Source: Phoronis australis (Eukaryota > Animalia > Phoronida). Taken from it: a DNA stretch of 64,000 bases. Position numbers and translations under genes: made by a program. The stretch covers positions 124,001-188,000 of the forward strand of contig NMRA01000124.1 of the NCBI GenBank assembly GCA_002633005.1, written 5' to 3'. Of the stretch, positions 36,563 through 50,300 are shown piece by piece; position 1 is the stretch's first letter, and the number at the start of each line of letters is the position of its first letter. Under the pieces are notes generated by a model. That model searched no databases. It was not told the DNA's origin and was given only the letters and a program-made list of their open reading frames with translations.

Positions 36563-39207
36563 GGAGCCCCTCCCCCAGTCATTCGGATCCCACTATAGTC
36601 AACACAGAAATGTTAACTTGCAGAATTTTGTGCCAGTAATTAATTACAGTTTAGTTATCTCATATTAATAAACCTATAATTTTTGGTTGAAACATTAGAA
36701 CCACAGTACAGTAATTCTGTCTCCAAATGTTTGGGACAATTGCCAAAATGTTCACATTCCATTTATCAATGGTTGATTACCATTATGCAAAATTGGTAAT
36801 TTTAGCAAAACGGGAAATGTTTCATGATATCTACACACTGCACACTATGCTTGTAATAGACAATGGTAAAATGTCATTAACTTTTGTGGAGAATTTGAAC
36901 AAAACAGAATTTCACTTGTGGGTCATATTGTGTGCGAAATACCGGTAAGTGAAAAATTGCTGTATGATATAAATTTACTGTTAATCTGTAACCCTTAGCT
37001 TTGTTTAATTGACAAGTTGTGAGGGGAAATTAATTACAAATATTGTATAAGCGTTCATGTCTTATAGCTCCCAAAACTTATGAAATTCACTTTTATCTTT
37101 GATTAACAAAATGTCAGAGTTTTTGCCTTATTCATGTGGAAAATCCCAGACTTTCTTATTATAATTACTTGACTCATGCATGAGAGTTTGATGGATTTAC
37201 CCAATTCCATTGCTTTGGTCATGAAGAGAATCCTATGTTGACATCCTAACCGGTCGAGATTGGGCAGCTCGACCAGTTTGTGCACCACAGAATTTGCCGG
37301 TTCAGAGCAAAGGCATTAAATTGTTCTGTAGGTAATCAGACCACCATAAACACATTAGGGGCAACAATAGTATTATTTTTTAAATTTTTGTTTTGAAAGT
37401 TTGTAAATAGCATATTTGAATAGCTCGTGAAAAGCACACGCGATTAATGTTTTTGAATTTTTGAAAATTGGACAAGAAATGTGACTTTTTACTTACTGGG
37501 CATAGCGCCACCTACTGATTTTTGGCTCCCCAAGTTACATGCCATGGATATTAAACTGGCTGAATATGGTGTGATTTATGCTTCCACATGAATGACTAAA
37601 TTGTCACCTAATGGTGTATTCTGTGAGCAAATCTTGTGTAAAATCAATTGCTTTGGATTGTTTTTACGCATCGGCATATATACCGGTACATATGTGCCCA
37701 TCCACACTTTTAAAAAATGTGTTATGATCACACAAGCTGGGCTTACCACCCACTCCCTCATTTCGCCAGTTTAAGCATACTGGCCAGTAACCTGGACGGG
37801 TATGGTAGTTTTGAATGAACTGCGTAGCCTAAGGTTGTCACTAAAAACTCTGAAAAACATGTCCACCTGAGGTTTACATTGTCTATAAAAGGAGACCGTA
37901 GGTACTATCTGACTTTCCATTTTTCCCTTGTTACCTTTCTTCTTAAATGTCATTACAGGCTGTTTCTACATTTGATAGCAAGATATAATTTACTTCTGAG
38001 GTCTCTCTTACATGGACTTTGATCAGTCTCCGAGTCCCAATCCTCGGCAATATTTCAATTTTTTATGGAGATTCCGACTCTTGTGGGAAATTAATGTTTG
38101 ATGTAGTGACTAGTATTCAGTGCTTTCAAGCCAACATTGCAAGAGTGTTTATGGTTAATCTGAGGTTAATGAGTGGCCTAGCGATTTCTTACCGCCGGTG
38201 TATTTGCTAATTATGCTACTGACTAAAACAGGTAATTGTAGTGCCAGTATAATCTGCAAATTTCGCAGTTTTGATGATGCTCAAGTCCTTAAAGATGTTA
38301 GGAGCCTGCCTTTCCCAAAAAAGACGAAATTAACTATTAAGACCGCTTAGCATTATGAAATTGATCTTTGCTCAGATGAGATGTTATTTATGAGCGTAGA
38401 AAGTTCTGACAGTTTGTTATTATTTGAAGCCATGTTTGGCTCGTGAAATAACCATCTAAGCTCTACTTAACAAATCTAAATCTCAAGCAGCAAAAAACTG
38501 TCAGTTCTTCCCGAATACCAAAAATCCTTTCTGATCAAATCTAACTTACATAAGTTATGATAAGGGGTCTAAAACTGAAATTGATTTTTTGACAAAGTAA
38601 GTTTATAGCGGCTTTAAAAAAACTTATATTATGGCTAACTATTCTCATGGTATGAAAAAGATTCCATACTGCACTTCTAAGTTCCACCATTGATCAGTAA
38701 TCTCCAGTCCTAGACCAGCAAACACTATACAAATTCCCTACCCACCCCTAACCTTGGCACACACAACGAAAACAATCTGTACACTGTGATTTAACCCAAA
38801 ACATAGGGTATCTTTGGTGTGTGTAAATAGATCTACAAGTTCCAAATACTGCCAATTTCCATGTGCGCATTTGCATGTTTGCATATAGTTATTCATGAAG
38901 TGCTTCATAATGAATTGTATTGCTCGGGACTCGGGAGATTTTCTAAAGGAATAATTTTAGTTTTTCAATGTGTTTTTTCCTTGCAACAACTGAGCACAGT
39001 TTCAATTCTACCAAATGTGTGCAACCCTCAAGTTGCATTATATTGGCAAGAATAATGTGTTCTCCAATGACTTCAAAATACTATCAGATTATCTCCACTG
39101 AAGAATTCTACTGGGAGAGTACAGTTATGGTAAGTAGCCTGTGCTGACTGAAAAGTTTTTATATAAGCAGCCAACATTGTACATGTTGGAATCATCCTGC
39201 AATGTGC

Positions 39208-41293
39208 TAATTACGTGGCAAAATATATTTTTGTTCACACTCTATAGGTCGCTTTTTTCCTCCGATTCGCACGAAGTTCACACACAACTAATTCCGGAAT
39301 GGCTGGAAGCCTGTTGTTTTTCGTCATGATCGGATTCAAGATGTCGGACATGGTGGTCATTTTTTTTTCGAATTCAGATTCAAATGCTCACAGAGGCTGC
39401 AATTTTTCACGTACATGGCTGAAAATTGGTACGGATATTGTACCAGACAGGTACTGCAGTTGTGCTGTAAATCATTTACATCCGATGGAAGATGGCGGAA
39501 ATATCGTCCATTGCGTTTGGGCACCTCGATTTCAAGACAAAAACGTTTTGTCCTATACGGAAAGTGCATTGTAGAACTAATTACTTCGAAATTTTTCATG
39601 TGTTAGTTTCCTGTTTGTAGCTTTGTTATCGAGAGCTGCTTAATCGGAAGTTGTTTTTAATATGGCAGTTCTTACGCATTTTTATGCGCCCACATATTTA
39701 TATGTGGACGCATTATGCCGTCATCTCTGTCCGTCCGTCCGTCCGGGCGGCGTCCGTCCGGCGTCTGGCGTCCGGCGTCCGCTGCTCTATCTCCAAAACC
39801 CTTTGACAAACGTTCATGAAATTTGGCACTTATATTCTATTTATGAATGGGACGGCATGTGCGAAGTTTCGGACGGATCCGACTACCGGTGTGCCACCTA
39901 GTGGCAATTTTAGTTTTTTACGCTTACCTTTGTATCTTCAAAAGTCCTGAACGGATTTTCATGAAATTTGGTTTGTAGGCACCTAGTAGTGAGATGACGC
40001 TATCCTGCCGTTTTCAGATGGATTCGACATAGTTTGCGCCACCTAGTGGCCATTTTTAGTGTTTTCGAGTCTGTTTTTGTGCGTCCACCCCTCTATCAAC
40101 CAAACCGCTCAAAGGATGATTGTGAAAATTGGCGTGTATGTGCTTACTATAAGGAAGACAGCTGACAATGATTTTCAGATGATTTGGACTACTGTGGCGC
40201 CTCCTAGTGGTATTTTTTTTTTTTTTGCGCCCATGGCTGTATCTCCCAAACCGTTTGCAGGATCTTTACTAAATTTAGCAAGTGTATTTATGTGATGTTG
40301 ACAACGGACGATGACGACTTTAGGATGATTCTGACTACCGGTATTCCTCTAGTGGCAATTTTAGTATTTGCCTCTAGTGGCAATTTTAGTATTTTACATT
40401 GACCTCTGTATTTTCTTCAGGTGTGTACTTTGTGTTACTTCGTGACTATGAAGGAAAAGTTCCAAGTAGAAATTTGTTTCTGGCATTCTAATGCTGTGCT
40501 AATCTCGTATGTTGGTAAATTTGTTTTTAATTCTATGTTTCTGTGGTGCTTTAAGCAACTGGTGTATAGGATGTGCTTGTATTATGAAGATTACTCACAT
40601 TTTGCCCCTAGCCTATTGAGGAGACAAGGACCATGCCTTTCCATTTTGCAAAGTACAACATACTACATTATTATATGCCCTCTACTGGCCACTTTATGGT
40701 ACCAATAAACAACCCTAGAAGGATACCGTATGCAGTGCAATTGTGGGCGCATTTCAACGCTCTGCGTTGCTCTTGTCATCACATTTAATCGTCTGTGGTG
40801 CCATTTTGAACAGGAAGAGCAAATGACATGAATTTTTGCATGTGGATTACTTAAGGTATACTCTTTCAAGTGAATTTAACATTTTTTCTCAGACGTACCG
40901 TTTTTGAGTTATTTGACTCTCAATTTCAAAAAAAATGCAAAACACTTTGAAATTTTTGTTTCGAAAATTTTGTGAAATTTTGTGAAACTACTCTGTGAGA
41001 TAGAGTTTTGAGTGGGCTTTCAGGAGATATTTTCCATTTTTCGCTAAGAAGTCTCTTTTTTGAATTATTTGTGATCTTCTGATGACTGTTCCTTTGTTGA
41101 CTGTTTTTGCTACACTTTTGTTGGTTTACCTTCTATTAAACAAGACTACAGCCTACTTCTGACATCTTCATTTGGCATATGATTGTTATGATCATGTTCA
41201 TCGTCGACACAACCATTGTCATTGTCATCATCATCTGTAATATTCTTTTCAGTCAATTTCGCCAAGTGTCACTCCTCCCAGCGCTTTCATTTG
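39208..41293 (+). mobile_element. HINE family-B element interrupted by a complete family-A element
   Basis: 39260-39678 and 40777-41293 are the reverse complement of the contiguous 15850-14970 segment. Confidence 0.75.
39679..40776 (+). mobile_element. Complete Helentron-associated (HINE/DINE-1-like) element, family A
   Basis: T-run, subTIR atgcgcccaca plus inverted copy tgtggacgcat, (gtcc)n microsatellite, ~145-160-bp tandem units, 3' subTIR tgtgggcgcat, stem-loop caacgc-tct-gcgttg, ctcttgt end. Confidence 0.85.
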
Positions 41294-43341
41294 TGAAGTC
41301 TTTCACGGCACTTTGGTCAGTGTACAAGCGCTTAAGATTACTTTACTTTCAGAATTCCTCAATTTCAGGCACTGAAATGTCGCCTATTTGTTCCCCCTGA
41401 GGTCAGTCTGTACTTTTGACATGGCAAAAAATGTACCTGATGATATCTTATTTGCTATAAACTAGATATACTATTGTCACTGACTTGAAAAAGTGAAAAC
41501 AAACATCTCATTTTGTTAGGCAATTCTTATCTTATCGCCATCAGCAGACATGAAATTCAGTGCATTTCATCTTTCGAACAAAGCCTTGATATTTTCCTCA
41601 GGAATTTGAGCTGTCCCGAGGGTGAGCTGCCTATTGTGGACAGTCTATCACCATGTAATTGCATTATGATACAAGTGATAGGATTTTGGTTGCTGCAAAA
41701 TATAAATTAGCCACGTCTAATTAATTATGGAAATACTTTTTCTCATACAGCGCTAATTATTGGTCAAGCCAAATCAAAGATTTCAAAATGAAATGGATCA
41801 ATTTAGCATTGAGGAATCTTCCTGTTGAAGTAATCAATAGACTAATAAGTTGGTCCATCCAGGTGTTAACAAGTGTACTTGTAAGAGCACTGGCTTGCCT
41901 CTTTAAAGACCAAAACAAAGGCTACCACATCGGCCTAAATGTGAACCAAAACAATGGTTTTCAAATATTGCAGCTGCTTTTGGCTTTAAGAAAAGATGTC
42001 CTTTCTATAACAAAATAATGGCATTTCAAACTTTTCTTGCGACATTTAGCACCTTAAATCTAGGTTTGGTACAAATTCTTCAGTTTGTGACAGTGAAAAT
42101 TTAATTATTTGCTTAATGTAGAACCTTTTACCAAATTTTAGAAATGGGCAATATTGACTATCTCAAATTCCAAGAATTATGATCAACACCAAAAGATCTT
42201 GAGGTTACAGGTTATGGCGATGCTGAAATTGTTGGATCGATGGCTATTTTTGATGATTATAAACACGAGCTGTCTCACAAAAGCTCTTGTGGCGCTTACC
42301 AGAGATTATCATTTTTATTTTACTTATTTTTATTTATCTATTACTGTACGGTATTAGTCTTATAAATGACGTTGTATCACCTACCAGGGTCTCCTTTTTA
42401 TCTCTGGTAATGAGCTTGTGTCACAAATATCATTTATTATTCGGGACATTATGTCGATCATAAATATCACGAGTACCATAATTACAATCAATTTCAGTTT
42501 GAATTTTGGTGTCTCAAAATTTTGAGACTGTCCCAAACTAGAGCATTTTTTCATAAAGATACTAATTTAAAACACTTAATAAGGTGAACAAGTGAAGTTT
42601 TATTTTGTAACTTTTCATAAAAGATATGTGGCATCAAATTGATGCTCAAATTCTGTTCCATAACTGCCATCAAAAGTATTTTGTAAAAATGTGGTCATTT
42701 ACAACAATATTACAAGACCTTGAATAACAAAAAAAAATTGAAATTATTTTTTGTCCGAAATTGGTGAGATTTACCGTACTCCGATTCTTGGTATGTGACT
42801 AACCTAGTTGAAAGTCATTGATAATCGCGTGAAATGTCTGCTGAAAATGAATATATTTGAAAATGAATATATTTGAAAATGAATATTATTATGTACATTA
42901 AACCGAAAAGCAGATGGCAATGTATCCTTTTAGTGTAGTAATAAAAACTGCACTGTGCTAAGACACTTCAGCTGAAATGATTATCCATAGTGCAGATATA
43001 AAGAATGAATTTCTTCTTAAAAAGAAAAGGCATTTGTCATGGCATGTGTCTTCTTATACAAAATGTTTTATAACAAATAACTTCATAGAAAACATTGTGA
43101 GTTCATAGTATTGGTGTGAAATGTACCATTGTGAACTGTGAGTGACAGCTGCCAATCTACATTTAGTTTTGTTTGATAACTGTAAGTCTAGTTTGTGCCA
43201 GTCACATAAGCATTACATTTTTACGTTTGTTTAGAAACGATATTTTAAAGTACTAAAATAGTCGGGCATTGGGAATTCCTGCATGAGGGTAATAGCTCAG
43301 TCTTAGAAACGGGCATGGACTTGTTCAGGTGTTCATTGCAG

Positions 43342-43372
<31 letters not shown>

Positions 43373-43402
43373 TGTGTCAGTGGGTGTGTGGGGGTGTGTG
43401 TG
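43342..43402. repeat. (GT)n microsatellite
   Basis: Direct observation. Confidence 0.95.
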
Positions 43403-43683
43403 ATAGTCCTTTAAATGTGGACATGCGCAGTGTGTCTTTGGCATAATCAAGTGCCAAAATTTGTTTTTAAAGTTCTCTATTATCCTTGGCTATCATTAAC
43501 TCAAAAGATCGTTGTACACGTGACGTATAAGGAATGCCAACTGCTACAACAAAGTATTATAAAATTGGATTGTGCAGGAGGATTTTTATCATTCTGCGGC
43601 TTAGAATGTGATGTTCTGAGTTTAACGGAAGCTTTGAAAAAACTGCACAGTTTTGCAGTGCTACTGAGAGATAACGATATACA

Positions 43684-43760
43684 ATGTTACCTTACACACT
43701 GAATTCCATGTCTGGGCCTCATGCGGTGTCCACGATGTCTGTCGTAGACAAATGGCACAG
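43684..43760 (+). CDS. Candidate proximal first coding exon of NPAS/trh (MLPYTLNSMSGPHAVSTMSVVDKWH)
   Basis: ATG open to a phase-2 donor AG|gtttga that joins the bHLH exon in frame; MLPY start recalls the Drosophila Trh N-terminus (from memory); cacgtg and tataa at 43517-43530. Confidence 0.55.
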
Positions 43761-44060
43761 GTTTGAGCAGGACAGTAAGCGAAATCATGGTTTGCTGTTT
43801 TACTTGGCATTTTATAATGAAATGCATAGATTTAATCTGTTGTTGTTACTGCTGCGAGTCGCCCCCAACTTCCAGCCAATCAGAATGACTGAATTTTCAT
43901 TTGCTTGCCAAAGCAGACCATTTTACTCAATCCTCCTTGGTACTGTGAAATAGTGTAGGAAAAAAGATAATGTCTAAAATTGGAGTAAAAATGATGGTCA
44001 GTTTTTTGCCACTGGTTTGCTGAATAGCAATTGGAATTAAAATGTACCCGTACTTTCCAG

Positions 44061-44302
44061 CGTCCTGGAGTTGCGAAAAGAAAAGTCGCGAGATGCGGCA
44101 CGTTCACGACGTGGAAAGGAAAACTATGAATTCTATGAACTGGCCAAGATGTTGCCACTGCCTGGAGCAATCACGAGCCAGCTAGACAAGGCATCCGTAG
44201 TCCGACTGACTATCAGCTATCTGAAGCTGAGAGACTTCAGTAGCCATGGCGACCCACCATGGAATAGAGACGAGCCTCATCCCTCAAACAAGCCAATCAA
44301 AG
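44061..44302 (+). CDS. NPAS3: NPAS/trh bHLH exon ([17 protein letters not shown]...GDPPWNR...PIK)
   Basis: tttccag acceptor, gtgaga donor, 242 nt phase 2-1. Confidence 0.96.
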
Positions 44303-47300
44303 GTGAGAATTGTGTGCCCACTAATTCTGAAACTTTTTCTCAAGTAACCACAATACACTCTGTTGGGTGGCAGACGTTTAAGTGATGGATGCAGAAGATA
44401 CAAGACCAAATATTTTGGTTTTGTAGAAAGTGTTAAAAATGGTGCAGTTAACATAAAGATTGATGGAAGCATGAAGCTAGTATTGTACCCCATGTTTAGT
44501 CCTGTTGAAAGAGGGCTTAAAACAACTTATTTTCACATGTGACCAAAGTATGCCAAAAATATTCACTATCCTCCTGTCTAGCCCAAGGGATTTCCAAAAA
44601 TTCCAGCTGTAAAGGCAAACTGTTTTTGAGATTTTTGTTTGGAATCTTAATGACGAAGATGAAGTTAGATTGTTTCTTATGAGCCTGCATGGCGGTAGAT
44701 TTGTTGGCTTTAAAATCAGGGGTCATTATTCATTATGTGCAGAGTATTCAGACCAGGATTCACAGCAAGCAAAAATATTTATTTTTCTCCTTAGTCTGAA
44801 TTGCGATCCCAAATTTATATCAAAATGGTGAACATGTGACTCAAAAGTCTACCAGGAAATTAAAAAGTGGTGCCTGTGTCGGCAACACTTTCCTATCCTA
44901 ATTATATGGACTACTGCCTTGGGTGGAACATCTGCTGTTTAGGCCAGATGACCACTCTGAGAAATGGCAGTCGAATGCGAATAAAGACATTATGTGTAAT
45001 GCTCTCCACTAATCTGTGTGTCATTTGGCTCAATGATTTATCATCCTCTCTACACCCACAGGTGGTCTCCACGGGATCAGTCAAGGATTGATGATGCATC
45101 CATTTGAAACACAGCAAGGTGCTCATATACTGCAGGTGATGTAAATAAATCACTTTATTTTTTAAAACATTTAATGAACATATGGTGTGATGGCAATACA
45201 AAATTCTGCATAGTTATTACTGTAATTCTCCTCTTATTTCGCACACTTGCTTCATTTCGCACAATCAAAATTTTTTAAGAAATAATGTTTTGTCCCTCAT
45301 CTATTTCGCACTAGGCTACTTGGTAGAAATTTATTGCCTGATCTAATTTGCACACAGATTTATCTGTGCTTCAAAAAATATCAAGAAAAGCTCTGTCATT
45401 AATTCTAGCCATACACACCCCTTTAACATTGTATATTCACGACTTAACTTGTCCATCATATGGGATTTCTCATGTTGATGAAGGAAACAATGATGGGGTA
45501 AAGTACCTTTATGTTAAAACAGCGTAAAATAACTAAATTACTGTGAATTGGATAATATTGGGACATCTAGGCCACGTTTTGTTCAATTCTCACTCAGTCA
45601 GTTGGTGATGCTTGATTGCTCAGTTAATTTGACACACCCATCAAATATCGAGTTTGTATATTCAGCTTATTTGGCATACCTCGGCTGTCAGGAAAATGTA
45701 TTTAATTCATTTTGTGTATAATATTTGGAGAATTACCATTCTAATGTACAGCACTCACATAATATCATTCTATTAATTGAGAAAAATCTACTGTTATTTG
45801 CATACTTTGGAGATGATTGTTATGATATTAATCACATCTTAACCCTGGCCCAATACTTTATGTACAGCTGTTCCATGGCCACATAAATTCATGTACTTAG
45901 GAGAATTAAAAAATGTCATTGATATTGTCAAGAGAATTGAGTTAATCCAAACTAGGAAGTGTGAATGTGAGAGTGGATGTTTTTCCTTTTACTTGTGCTG
46001 TTAATTTCTTTTATTTTAGATAAATTATTTTAAAAAATACAACTTTAGCAAAAAAATCCTCTCCAAAGGCACAGACATCTTTCCCTTTAGGTTAGCGAGG
46101 GCCCTGTGACTATCACTAAATTGGTAATGCTAACAGAAGCAATAAAACTTGGTAGTTTAAAATGTAATGGTTCTTGGTACTAGCTGTAGTGTTACAATGA
46201 AAATCACAGCAAGTGTCCTTAGTCATTATTTTCTTACATCCACCTCAATCAAACATCAGTTAGCTGAAGTCAGGACACTTGAGATTTTCTGCTTCTAAAT
46301 AAAGTTCACGCTTCGTTAAGACATAACTTGTGATTAGAGGGTGTGAAGTATGGTGCTATGTTGTTTGTGAGTGCCGTAATTATTAAGTTTTTTTTTTGCT
46401 TCTTTGTGTGTGCACTCACTGGATGTTGCAATTCTTTTGTTATCGATTTGAAATTTACACACAACATACTAAGCTTATGAAAGAGCTCGAGGACTATTTT
46501 TTGGTTGAAATTAGACACACATGCTATGAACATTCCCACTAAATAAAATTGGTTCTAACCCCGGTGTTTAAGGTAAACGGCGGGGTATGGAAAATTGAAC
46601 TAGACCGTATTTATCCACCTTGGCTGAGACGCGCTCGGCTCATGCTCAAAGGGATGCCGCCAAGCTGCTCTATTCATCGAGTCACGAGCGAGGATAATTG
46701 ACTTCGCTCATGCGGATATGATCAGCTGATTACAGTCTAGCCTAACAANNNNNNNNNNNNNNNNNNNNNNNNNNNNNNNNNNNNNNNNNNNNNNNNNNNN
46801 NNNNNNNNNNNNNNNNNNNNNNNNNNNNNNNNNNNNNNNNNNNNNNNNNNNNNNNNNNNNNNNNNNNNNNNNNNNNNNNNNNNNNNNNNNNNNNNNNNNN
46901 NNNNNNNNNNNNNNNNNNNNNNNNNNNNNNNNNNNNNNNNNNNNNNNNNNNNNNNNNNNNNNNNNNNNNNNNNNNNNNNNNNNNNNNNNNNNNNNNNNNN
47001 NNNNNNNNNNNNNNNNNNNNNNNNNNNNNNNNNNNNNNNNNNNNNNNNNNNNNNNNNNNNNNNNNNNNNNNNNNNNNNNNNNNNNNNNNNNNNNNNNNNN
47101 NNNNNNNNNNNNNNNNNNNNNNNNNNNNNNNNNNNNNNNNNNNNNNNNNNNNNNNNNNNNNNNNNNNNNNNNNNNNNNNNNNNNNNNNNNNNNNNNNNNN
47201 NNNNNNNNNNNNNNNNNNNNNNNNNNNNNNNNNNNNNNNNNNNNNNNNNNNNNNNNNNNNNNNNNNNNNNNNNNNNNNNNNNNNNNNNNNNNNNNNNNNN

Positions 47301-50300
47301 NNNNNNNNNNNNNNNNNNNNNNNNNNNNNNNNNNNNNNNNNNNNNNNNNNNNNNNNNNNNNNNNNNNNNNNNNNNNNNNNNNNNNNNNNNNNNNNNNNNN
47401 NNNNNNNNNNNNNNNNNNNNNNNNNNNNNNNNNNNNNNNNNNNNNNNTCACTACAATAAGCGTCCCCTCCCCGTGAAATGAATTTTTCTAAGCGTTTGTT
47501 TGAGCCAATACAGTATACAGCTTTCCACCAAGGCTAGGTGATGCAAGACATTATTACTTGTTCTTTGTTGCATTATAGTAACTGGTCTTGGCTAATTATC
47601 ATTTTATGGCCTGGTCATCCATTCAGCCCAAAGTAGTTCCAGAGGTGGCTTATCAGCCAATTATTCACGCATGCTGACTCACAATAGAAGCCTGATAAGA
47701 GTGAAGGTGGATAAATGCGGTGTTCCTACAGTTTCTTGTTTTAGTGGATGTGTTCATGACATGCAAGATGGCACAGTGATGACCATTATTCAAACTTTTG
47801 CTTTGCGATCATTTGAGGGAAGCTTTGCAAATTTAGTATGCATATGGTTAGATCTAGTTATCAAGCACAACTGTAGTACAAGGTTATTGTTCAAGACCAG
47901 GGGACCGTTCCAAGAAACTGACTTGAGTTCATTTTTTACTTAAATCTAAAATTTGCCTAAACCTCCAAACTTTAAAACTTCCACATGCAATAAATTAGTC
48001 AAACTTAAGACAAAACTTAAGTCAAAAACTTAAGTCAAAAGCTTAAGTCAAACTTAAGACCTCTTTCTGGAAACGGGCTTAAGACAAATTTAAGTTTAAT
48101 CTTAAAATTGACTGAAATTTAAGATTTGTCTTAGCTAAGCCAGTTTTCTTGGAAGGGGCCCTGGATCTACAACAGCTTATGTTGATTAAACCGTTAATTC
48201 TAATGGCTAAAACTCGTGTTTTGAAAGTCCATCTTTTCAAAATAATTTTTGATCCTAAAATCACTTCAACTTTAATAGACAAAACACTTTTGTACCTTCA
48301 CATTTGAGTGAGGAATTCTTTCATCAGAAATATTGATGCTCAACCTACATATTTCCTTGATCATTGCTAACGGTCTTAAAAATTCAGAATCCAAATTTCT
48401 CCCTATCGCACTCAAAAAGCTGATGAAAAAAGGTGATTTAATTCTGGGACACATTGGGGCACATTGCATGAAAGTTGCCTCTTCTGGGTCTGCAATAAAG
48501 GGGACTTAGGAATCAAGGAGGTTACCTGGGCAAAGAGAGAAAGGGAAAAAGATCAGTAGCATAAACGGGTGTTGAGACATGAAGTTAACAGTTATATATT
48601 TTATGAATTAGCTTTAAAGAAACTGCTGTTTTTTCCAGCTTTTGCGGTTTTAGTCTGATTTTCTGTCTTCTTATCTGGGATGAGAAATTCCTGTTAAGGC
48701 ATGCTACTTTGTGATAATGCGAGTTGTGTTGATCAAATTAGATGAAAACACATTGGCCCGCAATTTGTCCGCGCTATGATGATACAAGTTAATTTGTTGG
48801 TTGCTCTATCAGCGACTAATCAGCTTTTTATCACGTGAAAGTATGCCAACATCTGAAGACATGAAAAGGGATACAAAGTTCGTTTGACAATTCAATTATC
48901 TGCTGCCGGCATTGTAGGCTGTTAGCTCCATCGTACAGATTGTTGGGTAGCCAATCAATCGGTTTGTCTACTCTTTCGATCAGTCTCTTGGGAATTGTTG
49001 AGCAAGATGATTTGACCACAGAGACACCTGGGGATTTGCACTTTGGAATGTTGCCTTTTGTGCAAGACTGACAGTTTTTCATGTTTTCTGCTTTTAGCAG
49101 GATTAGGCAAAAGAAGCAACATAGGTTCTGGTCTGTGGATTTTTGAAAATTGATGCGGTGATGCTGTATCAGTTTTCCTAATTTTTAAAGTGAAAACGTA
49201 ACCTGGTACTAGATAAAACTTGTTCTAGTTCCATCATTTTTTCCCCAGTATCACCAGTCTTCTTTCCCCGGTGGTGCAGTGGTGCATTTCAGTATTTCAG
49301 TGACTGTTTTCTGGAGGGGGATAGTAGTCAAATTAACGATACATTTGCATGCTCCTAACTATGTTAATGTATAGCAGTAACTAAGTGACAATGCTATTTG
49401 AACATCATCTATGCTAAACAAAGTGCAGTCCTAAATGTGAAAACATAAAATTCTGCTAGATAGGTGACCTTTGCACTCAGATGTACCTTTGGGGCTTACA
49501 TAGCCCCATCATGCAGTGTTATTCCCCAACGCCACAATACTTACTGGACACGGTTGAGTGATTTACGGCGAATGGTTTTTGACACAAAACTTTAATGTTT
49601 TGAAAGAGGTGATAGTAGCTGAGTTGACAAGCCTATTTGTTAAAAAAATGGGAAAGGCACAGGTTTTTAAGTGAGTTGAGCACAGACCAAAAACAATTAT
49701 TTCTCTTGTCTTTACCCATAGAATTGAAAGAAACTAGGAACTATATTTTTATTAGTTTTATGTTTGAATTAAAGTTAACTATGAAAGAAATTCCGTTGTC
49801 AGTTAAGAGAGCTAGACCACCACCCCTCCCCAAATGTCATTATTGTGAGTCATATGGTCAGAAAATTTTTGCAACGGAATTAAATCTGCACTTTCTGTCA
49901 AAAAACACATTTTGATTTTGGCTGCTTACAGTTATAAAATTGGTTTTACCTGAGTGTTCCTTACTCAGTTAAGAGATCAGGTATCTAGGTGCACTGTGTC
50001 TTTGAATTTTATGAATGACCTGACAGTTCTTTCCAAGTAGACAAATCACACCAATTTTGAATAAGGGGAAATTTGAGACCAATTCCATAACAGCAAGTTG
50101 CCTAAGTAAAACTATTTGGATAGAAAGCGTGGATTTAATGCTGCTTTAAATTAAGATAATTTTTTAGTTGCAAAACTTGTTCCTAATTTATAAAATGCTG
50201 TCATTCAGCAGCAGTGCACTTTTGACGTTTTCCTGAGTTTGAACGACCTACCTAGTTTCATTAAAGGTGGGTTAATTTGCCTACTGTCGTGTGCCTAACG

